Below, in pieces: positions 27,121 through 39,043 of a stretch of DNA of 64,000 nucleotides. The first letter of the stretch is position 1, and every line of letters begins with the position of its first letter. The notes under the pieces were generated by a model. It was not told the origin of the DNA and made no database searches. It saw only the letters and a program-made list of their open reading frames with translations. The position numbers and the translations under genes are program-made. Source of the stretch: Lingula anatina (taxonomy: Eukaryota; Animalia; Brachiopoda); assembly GCA_051362555.1 (NCBI GenBank), contig CM120641.1, forward strand, positions 1,798,001-1,862,000, in the 5' to 3' direction.

Positions 27121-27988
27121 ACTATTAACTACATCCCTATCCAGACTGTGGGTGAAAAATTGGGCCTATGTTGCTCTCCCTAATCTGCTGTCATCATATA
27201 GCTCCTTGGGCTCCATGACCCTCGGGTGCTAGTGACACTTGAATAGGCCTGATCCTCATTACCCTCTGACTGACGGGAATTACCTCCATGGGGTGTATTT
27301 CCTAGATACGAGACACTATTAGCATCCTCCTGCGCTGAAAATCTACCGAAAAACGGTTTCTTAGCTGATTACCACAAATGTTCCCTTGTTTTTTACTATG
27401 TAGAGGGTCCATGTCCCACTGCACTTCTTGCATTTATTCAAGAGGTACAGGAGGCATGATTAAAAAACAATGAATTTCTTCTCCTTCTCTTGACTGAGGC
27501 ACTATGTAATGACTGTTCACTATCTTGATTATCAAACTGTCTACCTTACAGCATCACTCATGGTCCCCCCCCCCCCCAATTTCTGTCACTGGCATATTTT
27601 AACCACTTGATGGCCTCCTCTGCCTCAGCCTCCTTGATGCTTTGGGATTTTGCAGCATCTGAATTGATAATGTTAAATTTTACTATGTTAATGTGAAATA
27701 TTTTTACACTTAGTGGAATAAATATTTTTACACTTCAACATAATACTTATTGTAAATAAATTAGTAATCAGACTTGTTTGCATTTTTTGTATATTGGTGA
27801 ACAGTGAGGGATGTATATGTATGGGTCACTTTCTAGTAAACCATGAGAAACTGAAGATTTGTGGTAAGTTGCACCTTTGTATCCATGAAACTTTAAACAG
27901 TCTTGAGTTTTGTTATTGGGTGGATGCCTTTTGTAGCCAACTTCAACTAACACTGAGCCTACTTGTGGTAGTTACTAACATAAATGTT

Positions 27989-28163
27989 CTAATTCGGGAA
28001 CCGTTAGTGCTAGAGACCCATTCTTTTTTGCATTTTGTAGAGCATGTAAAGCTCAACACTGGCTTTGGTCTCCGTTTTTTTATATTCCATACGGTTTTCG
28101 AATTATGCTGTATCAAAAAGTACATATTGGTGGTGAAAGCAAAATGTGCAGTATGGTAATGGA
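27989..28163 (+). mobile_element. Internal fragment of the Helentron-type element
   Basis: Matches ~2518-2693 (ctaattcgggaaccgtta...ggtaatggat), more diverged, no termini. Confidence 0.75.
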
Positions 28164-28962
28164 TCACTCCATTTACCTCAAAAAAACTCTCGTCCAACCC
28201 CTCTCCAAGGGCCTTTAGCCTATCGTTTGCACTTTGTTGCATGATAGGTTTCCTCCCCTCCATATATTTTAATTTCCCCATCTCTTGACTCATGAAATTC
28301 TTTTCAGTTCTTGCGTCTGTTCTTCTCAGTTCCTCACCAAACAAAATTCACACTCAAACACCTCCTTTTTAATCCTCTTCATATTCATACTATCACAAAT
28401 TACATACCTCCAATTACAAATCACAAACTTTTTTCCTTCTCCAATTTTTTCTACTTAAAAAAAAAACTTCTATTTTACTTATATCAAACCTACAAAACTA
28501 CATTCAAAATAAAAATAAAAAGAAATTACCGCTTTAGCCAACACTACTTGCTTCTGTTCTAATTTATAACAAATACTCTCCATTCTAGTCACCACTTCAT
28601 CATATTCTCCTAATCTTCTTTCCATTCTCATCAAAGGGTCTCTTTTTGGTGAATAACCAAACCTTTCTTTTTGAGCAATGCCTCTTTCTTAAACCAAACT
28701 TGGCAAAAAGAAAGTATCAGTCTTAGCAAATCAATTTCATTGTGCAAAACTGGATGAAATTGATGGAAAACGTGTACTGTTACCATACAAAAACTAACAT
28801 GTGGCATTCCCCCTCTCATTTGCTGTCTGGTAACTTTCTTCTGCAACTGCGTTAGGATTTTTAAAAATTATTTATCATAATTCTGGCTGCACTGACTTGA
28901 CTGAGAAATAATGCAAAGGATTTTGACAGTCACTCTGTTAAGTAAATGCTTTACTTGCAAGG

Positions 28963-29275
28963 GTGGATGTCAAGTTTGCAGTAGTGGATTTCTTTGATGA
29001 AGAAGAGGTAGCAGTTGTGCCAAAATGTTGGCTTACAAAAGATCAAACTCGGTACTATTGGCCTCTGTTGAAGTCGAGCAGTAAGAGGGAGACTGCTGTC
29101 AAGCAATGCATCAGCCCTAATCAGACAGATTTTAGATTGTATTAATGTCAGGGTAGTGTATGAGACAGGTAATTTACAACTTTTTGATTATAAATGTTTG
29201 ATAATCGAATATCTGTATGTTTTTCTGTATACTACATTTCTGCATTTTTGTTTGTAGCTATGCAAGGCTGCACGG
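28963..29275 (+). mobile_element. CACTA-associated accessory gene fragment with intron
   Basis: KFAVVDFFDEEEVAVVPKCWL...YYWP; GT donor at ~29169 and AG acceptor at ~29257. Confidence 0.5.
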
Positions 29276-29987
29276 CTCCCCCCCCCCCCCCCCCCCTTTA
29301 ATTTCTGAAAAAAAATCACAGTAATGTTCCCTTCTTCCCTTAGTAGAGCCACGTTTTGCAACTGGTTTACAGGAGTTTATTTCCAGGCATCTTGCATTCC
29401 CTGACATCTGAAAGTTCATCCATATCCACAAAAGGGTCATCATCCAAGGTATCCTCTTTCACTGAACTGGGTATGTCTTCAACTGATGATGAACAGCCCC
29501 GAAAATAACACAGATACTCTGATGGGACCTTTTGCAGCATTTTTTTCACATTCACTTGGTCTATTTTTGAAAACCTCTTCTGTAGTTTGTATTTGGTGAT
29601 GAGGTTAGCAAAGTCTACTGCATGAGGGAAATATCTGTAAATAAGATGAACAGTGCTAGCGACACTTGAATAGGCCTGATCCTCATTACCCCCTGACTGA
29701 CGGCAATTACCTCCATGGGGTGTATTTCCTTGATACGAGACACTATAAGCATCCTCCTGCGCTGAAAATCTACCGAAAAACAGTTTCTTAGCTGAGCGCC
29801 ACAGCCAACTTCCAAATCCAATCCTTTCTGGGACCCTCTGTTCCAAAAAATGAACCAGCTGCACTACCCACACCTAAACTTTAATTGGGTTGAAAGTCCA
29901 GCATTCCCAGGGTGCGGGGAGCTAACCTACAGTACAGTGCATCGTCTACTAACTGTTTATTCAAATTAGCTAACTGCTCTCTCAGCT

Positions 29988-30726
29988 CACCCTGAGCTTC
30001 AGAGATAACTTGACACTAACCTCTTCACTATAGCCTATCTTCATCGTGTCAAGTTACCTCTGGTCACATTTGATTGCCCGCATTGCCCACCAATCAAATT
30101 TAAAGCCCGCTCTGACTCATTGAAAGATATAGCCAATGAATGCGAACGAGTCAAAGTGTGCTTTGTTCAAATCCGGACCAATCAACAACAAAAGATAAAT
30201 TACTGCTTTTAATGACAGTTAAAAATGAACCGTGTAAGGCTATATTTACGGAATGAGCAATGAACGGTACTTCCTAATAATAAAGAACACGGAACATACC
30301 TAAGAACGAGTGGAGCCAGGCTTAATATCAGGGACTTGCCGTAACCTGTGGGCAGCATGCAAAATACATCATCCCCCAGAAGATAATGATGCAGATCCTC
30401 AAACTGCTCTGGTTTCAATTTCGACATTCTCATATTTTGCAAAGAATCAAGAAGTAACTTAACACATTCTTTTACGTAGTCACTCGTAGGAGACGCCATG
30501 CTTTCTTTGTGTATGGTTATGCGGACGCAACGATATACCATTTTCTCATTGGACATCATTCTGGACTTTCAGCGTTTTCACCAAAGTTTGGCGAAAAATT
30601 TTGAAACATTGATTTGATTGGCTTATATAAACTAGGTCAAACTATTTTCGTCAGAGGTAACTTAACACGATGAAGATAAGCTATAGTGAAGAGGTTAGTT
30701 TCAAGTTATCTCTGAAGCTCAGGGTG
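29988..30726 (-). mobile_element. TIR element carrying a RecQ-like helicase first exon (Academ-like deletion derivative)
   Basis: ~75-bp inverted arms at 29988-30062 and 30652-30726; internal LKPEQ..LHHYLLGDDVFCMLPTGYGKSL (Q motif and Walker A) ending at a GT donor. Confidence 0.65.
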
Positions 30727-33570
30727 TCTCAGCTCTGCTATCTTAAATACTTGGTCTTCCATGAGACCCGGTATCCTCAGAAACTCCCTTACTTTGGCGA
30801 GGTCAACAAAAATTCTAGCGTGTGTCGCCATTTTGTTTCTGCTGTAGCGCATGTGCTGATGAAAATTTGAGTTTTTTCTAAAAAACTCCTAAAAACTATC
30901 CTAAGAAGTACTTTAAATGCACTCACCAGTCCATGCTTGGGGTTTTTCTTCCAAAATTTAAATAACAGTTACAAAAATTGGTAGCAAACATGTGTAGCCG
31001 GGCTAATTATTATTTTGTCAGTGATTGGGATAAATCTAGTCACAGAAATAAAACACAAGTCTCAGTTAGTTTCCAGAATCTGTATTGAACTATTTCCCTG
31101 ATAAATGAAACACCTAAACGGAGTCCGCTCATACAATTGGGCAGTCTCTCCTTCTATTCTAGAATATAAATAACACAAAAATAGTAATTATCAAAAATAC
31201 CAAGTTATGTAAGAATATTACGTAATTCAGACGTAATACAACGAACACTAATTGTCTCTTATCCATACATACAACATGAGTGGTACGTGTAACATCATAG
31301 GTCGCATTCAATGTACTAAAATACAGGGAGCACACCACACGCGTCAAGGCAATGCAAACCTAAACACAACCGTACTAGCGTTCGCTAATGACCCGTTACA
31401 AACATGACCTGAGAAGTATGACATAATATCATTCCCGTTAGAGCACTGTAGGCAACAATGCACAAACTATTACTGTATTACTGTGCTAACAAAAGTACAA
31501 AACGCAAAGTATGATCTATGTCGGTAGCGCTTAACGGCATTAACTGGAACTAGACGTTTTAACGTACGTAAGGCAACTTTTACATACCAGTATATTAAAC
31601 TTGGAACTTAAATTTAAACTATAAAGTAGTAGTTATTTACTATGCTTACTTTCTATTGTTTCGCTGGCTCGTTTACTCTAATTTTCCTCCGTTCTTCTTC
31701 GATGAGAAATTTACTACTGTATACTGCTCTACGTTAAAGACAAAATGCGAAATCAGCGGATGAGACTAAAAATAAAGGCATTTTAGTGACCAATAAAATA
31801 TTGGTTTCGCTCATCAAGGGGATCTGGCCACCCTTGACGTCAGTAAACGCACCAAGCCCTCCGGTTAGCGAACAAAAGGGCATCCGCCACTCAATAGACT
31901 TCCATTGTGCTGGTCCGCACATCTATCGCAATACTTACACATGCCAGAGATTCAGTCCGGCTACATGGCCCGAAAACTCCACGGCAGATAAATTCTTCAA
32001 TTTGTCTCCGTTAATTATGGCACAAATCACCAGGGCTTTGAACTAGCAGGTATAAATATCAAAATTGGTCTTACCTCAGCTGGATGACCAGCAGTCTCAG
32101 AGATTCTTCTATTAAACTTTGTATTGGTGTTCAGAGGCATCCGCGCTTTTTTCTCCTTCTTGAACAACCTTCTCTACAACTGCACATGCACACATTTGAC
32201 TGAGGCACTGTGTAATGGCTGGTTGTCTACCTTACAGCATGACTCGTAGTCTAGGTCTTTGATAAGATCATCATCCATGCAATCATCTGCAGTTTCTTCA
32301 GTGTTTTTCACTTGTAAAAGTGTTGTGATAATTTTGGACTGTGTGGCTGCGAAGATTGCCCAGATAGCAAACAGAGGTTGTGCCGACGGCTGGGCCAACG
32401 TTGGCAGCCGATGTTGTTACAGAAAACCGGCAGTCAGCCACTGTTATGCCAACCATTTGCCAACGTTGAGTCAAAGTCTTTATGAGCTATTACTAGCGGT
32501 GGTTAGCCACTGTTATGTCAAAGATGCCACCCTCTTGCATATTCTAGGAATGTGTTTTTTTCTGCTAAATATATTACCTTCCTTCCTCTCCAGCCTCCTC
32601 CTCCCCCCATCTCTGTCACTGACATATTTTAACCACTTCTTGATGGCCTCTTCTGCCTCAGCCTCCTTGATGCTTTGGGATCCTTTGCTTTAGAGGTGTC
32701 AGTGGAATTTTGCCTGGGACATCGTCCCTGTATCAATATGTAACAGGACAGTGATTCCTGGAAAACAAGTTTCTGAAAGAAAAAAAAAGTAATAACTTCT
32801 AAAGCTATAGACCATATTTCATAAGGCAGCCCTTATACTAGGGGTGTTACATTTTTTTTAAATGATTTATCACTGTGAAAGGTTTGCTTTGTTCCTCTTC
32901 ACTGCTCTGGTTGTCAAATCCTCACTATGAAATACTGAATCTAAGAAGCCTAAAGATCACTTTTAAATTCTCTTTTTCCACTTGTTTTATTAAACTAAAG
33001 GAAAAATTATGAAGGATTTTCAGAAATCATATAACAAATGTATATAAAGGAATTTAAAATGTTGAAATAGGAATTAAAACTGAATATACACTTTTGACCA
33101 TTAAAACCTTCCATGGAGAAATCTATCATGTATATTCCTTTTAATTTTCTGAATTGTCTGGATGCACAGACCTGTTTTCTGTTAAATTTTGTTTACTTTT
33201 TCAAAGTAGTTTACCTATGCTTTGCATGCAAATTATCCCATATTGACATTAATGTATTGGTTTTTTTTAGTCATATGGCACTTAAGGCAAATTTATTTTA
33301 TTGGTTATAAATGTACTTTTTTACGAAGACTGTTACACATGATTGTTGAAAATGCCATGTTTAGATGGAGGAAGTGTTTTTTTTATGTACTGAGTGTCGT
33401 AACAGTGAAAAGGTTATGGGGTTTTTATGTATTTGTCATAACTGTTTTGTAGCAGCATTTTCCAGCTTTGTGAAAATGTTCTAATATGTGAATTACATCT
33501 GACTGAAAGTGTTTTTGAAAAATTTTAAAGTGCCTTTAGTCAAAAATATAGTTGAGATTCATCGTAATAA

Positions 33571-36500
33571 TTGTACCACCAGCGTAGGCGCTGGCGGTAC
33601 ACATGGTTTTAGTCCCGACCCGTATGTTCCGCCGGCTCCTGCGGCTCCTGCGGCTCCTGCGGCTCCGCCGGCTCCTGCGGCTCCGCCGCCAAGTCACCGT
33701 TACCGCTTCTCCTCCTAGACGGTAAGGGCCTCCATACCCATCTCTTGGATTTAGGTCACCTATAATCTCAACTCGCTCCACGTAAAATTTGGGCTTTGTC
33801 GGTATTGGGGTCTAGGTGTGGCACTCATTGCAATGCACCCTTGTCCAAAAATGGCAAAATTAAATGCTAATTATCTCCCCTACAGAAGGAATTATGGGAA
33901 AAATTTCTACAGACAGCTTTCCAAAAGTCATATGTGTAGATTTCAAATATGCCCTTGGATTTGACCTTTGACCTTTATTTCAAGGTCAAACGGGCCAAAA
34001 TTTTCAAAAAAACAAAATTTTTGCCGAAAAAAAAATTATTTGCGGCCTTATTCAGACACCACACAGACTAAACTAATAATATTAATGGAAAGTGTTACCC
34101 TTCAGGTCATCTTTCATCTCCGTGAATTTGGGGTCAATCGGTGCATTTTCACGGGAGTAGCGGCCATAAGATATCGAAACTGAAAACTGTCTCTAATTCG
34201 GGAACCGTTAATGCTAGACACCCATTCTTTTTTGCATTTTGTAGAGCATGTAAAGCCCAACACTGAATGTGGTCTCGTTTTTTTTGTATTCCATACGGTT
34301 TTCTAGTTACGCTGTATCAAAAAGTACATATTGGTGGTGAAAGCAAAATGTGCAGTACGGTAATGGATAATAAATTTTGAACTCCGGAAAAATAAAACAT
34401 AAGGCTTGGCAAAGCAGACAACTTGTGGTCAAAAATGACATTATTTCATCAAATTTGAACATCTGGAACTTCAGAGCACCTCCCATTTCAAGAATTTTGA
34501 CCAAAATGACCTTTTCTGTATTTTAATTAATTTTTTCTGTAGGAAATTTATGGCACATTATGGTAACTCCAAAATTATAACATTTAGTCCCTTATATCTC
34601 CAAAACTGGCAGAGATAGGTCCATAGTTACTATTGAACTTGAATAGGAAGTCATACACTGGCAATCTAAATGTGACCTTAAAATTGACCTTTGACCTACT
34701 TTTCACCATGAACTGAACTTTGCAAATTTTGATTCCTTTTTATCTCCAAAACTGGCAGAGATAGGTCCATAGTTTCTATTGAACTTGAATAGGAAGTCAT
34801 ATACTGGCAATCTAAATGTGACCTTAAAATTGACCTTTGACCTACTTTTCACCATGAACTGAACTTTGCAAATTTTGCTTCCCTTTTATCTCCAAAACTG
34901 GCAGAGATAGGTCCATAGTTACTATTGAAGTTGAATAGGAAGTCATATACTGGCAATCTTAAAGTGACCTTAAAATTGACCTTTGACCTACTTTTCACCA
35001 TGAACTGAACTTTGCAAATTTTGATTCCTTTTTATCTACAAAACTGGCAGAGATAGGTCCATAGTTTTTATTGAACTTGAATAGGAAGTCATATACTGGC
35101 AATCTAAATGTGACCTTAAAATTGACCTTTGACCTACTTTTCACCATGAACTGAACTTTGCAAATTTTGCTTCCCTTTTATCTCCAAAACTGGCAGAGAT
35201 AGGTCCATAGTTACTATTGAAGTTGAATAGGAAGTCATATACTGGCAATCTTAAAGTGACCTTAAAATTGACCTTTGACCTACTTTTCACCATGAACTGA
35301 ACTTTGCAAATTGTGCTTCCCTTTTATCTCCAAAACTGGCAGAGATAGGTCCATAGTTACTATTGAACTTGAATAGGAAGTCATATACTGGCAATCCAAA
35401 TGTGACCTTAAAATTGACCTTTGACCTACTTTTCACCAAGAACTGAACTTTGCAAATTTTGCTTCCCTTTTAACTCCAAAGTTACGCTGTATCAAAAAGT
35501 CATATTGGTGGTGAAAGCAAAATGTGCAGTACGGTAATGGATAATAAATTTTGAACTCCGGAAAAATAAAACATAAGGCTTGGCAAAGCAGACAACTTGT
35601 GGTCAAAAATGACATTTCATCAAATTTGAACATCTGGAACTTCAGAGCACCTCCCATTTCAAGAATTTTGACCAAAATGACCTTTTCTTTATTTTAATTA
35701 ATTTTTCTGTAGGAAATATATGGCACATTATGGTAACTCCAAAATTATAACATTTAGTCCCTTATATCTCCAAAACTGGCAGAGATAGGTCCATAGTTAC
35801 TATTGAAGTTGAATAGGAAGACATATACTGGCAATCTAAATGTGACCTTAAAATTGACCTTTGATCTACTTTTCACCATGAACTGAACTTTGCAAATTTT
35901 GCTTCCCTTTTATCTCCAAAACTGGCAGAGATAGGTCCATAGTCTCTATTGAACTTGAACAGGAAGTCATATACTGGCAATCTACATGTGACCTTAAAAT
36001 TGACCTTTGACCTACTTTTTACCATGAACTGAACTTTGCAAATTTTGATTCCCTTTTATCTCCAAAACTGGCAGAGATAGGTCCATAGTCTCTATTGAAG
36101 TTGAATAGGAAGTCATATACTGGCAATCTTAAAGTGACCTTAAAATTGACCTTTGACCTACTTTTCACCATGAACTGAACTTTGCATAGTTTGCTTCCCC
36201 TTTATCTCCAAAACTGGCAGAGATAGGTCCATAGTTACTATTGAACGTGAATAGGAAGTCATATACTGGCAATCTAAGTGTGACCTTGAAATTGACCTTT
36301 GACCTACTTATTATCATGAACTGAACTCTGCTAATTTCTTTCTCTTTTAACTCCAAACCTGGCAGAGATAGGCCCATAGTTACTATTGAAGTTGAATAGG
36401 AAGTCATATACTGGCAATTTACTGTGACCTTGGAATTGACCTTTGACCTACCTTGCAATGAACTTAACTTTGATTGTACCATTTTTAGTAATATATATAT

Positions 36501-36668
36501 TTTTTGCATATTTTGAAAATTCTTGTTGATTGCATTTTTACAGCTTGTCAAGCACAAGACTGGTGGCTGTGTTCCTTATTTTGTATATGTGGGGGTCTAT
36601 ATGAATGCGCTTGCTCCAGCTGGTGGTACAATATTCGGAGGCGGTATCGCCTCTCTGATCCTCTAGTT
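33571..36668 (+). mobile_element. Non-autonomous Helentron-type element, copy 3
   Basis: Same termini; 6+5 units of 146 bp; two extra 9-mers in the 5' microsatellite. Confidence 0.85.
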
Positions 36669-37098
36669 ATTATTATTTTATTTAATTGTAAAATATATTT
36701 GACATTGTATGGATACTGTAATTCAGTGCTGTAATGTTCAACAAGTTTTTTTTTTTTTTTTACTTACTAAAATGTGCAGTTAAGTGCTTGAATATTGTCT
36801 TAAGGACATCGCATTTTGATATATTTAAAACGAACTGATTGTGTTAAATTGTTTTTGTTGCCATGGTTTTAATTTGAAACATTTTTGCATGGTATTACTG
36901 CTAGATAAGGAATCAGGGGTAGTGTATTGGTGGTTGAAAAAAAAAACGCTAAACCCATTATGAATATTCCTTTGATATGAAATCTTTTATAAGTTGATCT
37001 TCTGTTTTGAACATATTTTAATTGTTATTTGGAGATGTTGAAGAAATAAAGAATTGAAAATTATGACTTAAGAGTTATGTGCTCACTGAGCCACTTAA

Positions 37099-38058
37099 AG
37101 GGATAATAACTCTTCGTTTTGGCCAAAAAATGAATTTTCCTGGAGTAAATAACAACTTTCCCATACTTCCCAATGGTTAATGAATCCATTTTTACATTCA
37201 AAGTTAGTCCCTGGTTTTTTTCTAAAAAGTTTGGTTTTTTGTTAAAATCTCTTGAAGTCATAATAACTCTTTGTTTTGGTCAAAAATTGGATTTTCCTGG
37301 AGTAAACAGCAAATTTCCCGTACTTACCAATGGTCAACGACCCCATTCCTGCATTCATAGTTAGTCCAGGGTTTTTTTTCCTAAACGGAGCCCTCTCTGA
37401 CATTGCATAGTCACGCGACATTGAGCGATAGTTTCTAGTGACCTACTTATAACCGCGGGAAAAGCAGACAACAACAACGCTATATAACAATAATATAAGA
37501 TTCATAAGATATATCCATCTTATTGCTCAAAATGTATTTATATCTACAATGTGTGCAATTCTGGTCTTTTTGTTATCCGACGCACTGTACAAAAACTCGC
37601 AACTTACGTCTGTGTATTGCATCAGGGGTTTGGCGCCAGATGTTATTCTGGTCTCGAATGAACGCGAGAATCCGCGTGACACCTTAACGTCATTGGCAAC
37701 AGAAGCCTTGACGACCGGGAAGAAAGGCATCGAAAGCCCTATTGACAAGCACAGATTTTAGTTTTACTACAATAACGGCTGTTTTAGTGGTAAAATGCTA
37801 TCGAATATATGTCCATGAGTTGTTTACAATGTATTTCTTGCGGAATTTTGAATCTCAAAGGAAGAGTTATTATTGCTTTAAGAGATTATAACAGAGTACA
37901 GCCATCAATGGAGGTCACGTGATCTGAAGACAAGCTCAGATATCAGCATAAAAGCTATAACTGCTGTTTTTGTGGTAAAACAGAATATATTATATTTCTA
38001 TGAGTTCACAATGTTTTTATTGTGAAATATAGATCTCATACAAAGAGTTATTATCCCT
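37099..38058. mobile_element. TTAA MITE copy 3 with a nested related element
   Basis: TTAA at 37095-37098 and 38059-38062; both halves match 6221-6557; split at the central palindrome. Confidence 0.8.
37256..37877. mobile_element. Nested 622-bp relative of the TTAA MITE
   Basis: TIRs agtcataataactct / agagttattattgct; flanked by TTGA (37252-37255) and TTAA (37878-37881). Confidence 0.7.
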
Positions 38059-39043
38059 TTAAATGTTTGAAACAGAGCTTTTGTTAATTTATAATCTACA
38101 TAAAATGTCACAGCTGGGACAAAGCGATGCAAAATTTCTGGAGGAGAAATATTTACCAGCAAAGGGGCTAAAATGGTTTGGTAGTTTTCCTTGATTTGTT
38201 TATACCATAAGTGACAATTACTACAATTTGCAATAAAGATAAAATACATTTTGATAAGAATCATGTGTTGAATAATGGTGACAAACAAAATGCAAGAAAA
38301 GTACCCTTTATTAAAATACAGGTTAAAATTTAAAACATGGTTAATTTCCTTAACAAACAAATCTATTTTAGACCAAAATGAAAAGAAAAGACTGAGTATT
38401 GATATTTCTTATAGATTTGAGCATTTCATACCAGATTACAACAAGCATGTAGTGAATTCCAGCAAACACATAATACTCCATAACAAGCTATCAGTAAAAG
38501 AAGATTTGAAATGCTACAAAGATGAATGCAATATATAAATGAATTCCATTGGTCTCAATAAATGCTGATACGTATGCCTTGTATTGCCGTACTCTGTTAA
38601 AACTGATTTTCTATACCAACATCGTTTTTATGATTATGATGTATAGATATAAAAATACATAAAGCTAGTGAAAAATAATGTTGCATGTGGTGACTGAGTT
38701 GAAACTAGTGCCCACATTTCACAAAGAAAAAAGACGTGTCAAAAACTTAACTTAAATGCAGAAATTTATAGTCTGTTTTGAGCCAATTTTGGATTTTTGG
38801 TTTCTCTGGATTCAAGTCGGCTATGGCATCACTTACTGCTTAGTTCAGACAAAACTTGATGTTGGTCTGTGAGCGCACTTGTTAACTGATGAATAAATTT
38901 TGTCTGGCCTTAATGAACTGTTGTCCAGATTTACCAAACAAGAGTTCATTGATCTGCTGTCAAAAATAAAGTCTTCCTGGATCCGTCACTTTGAAAGATG
39001 TCACCCATAACAATCAAAATTATTTCCCTCAAAACTGTTCAAA

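Noticed and set aside
31016-31423. Possible solo LTR (TGTCA...TGACA)
   Set aside because: No matching target-site duplication or second copy
37527-37761. Overlapping ORFs inside the nested TTAA element
   Set aside because: Short, with no transposase or THAP-like motif visible
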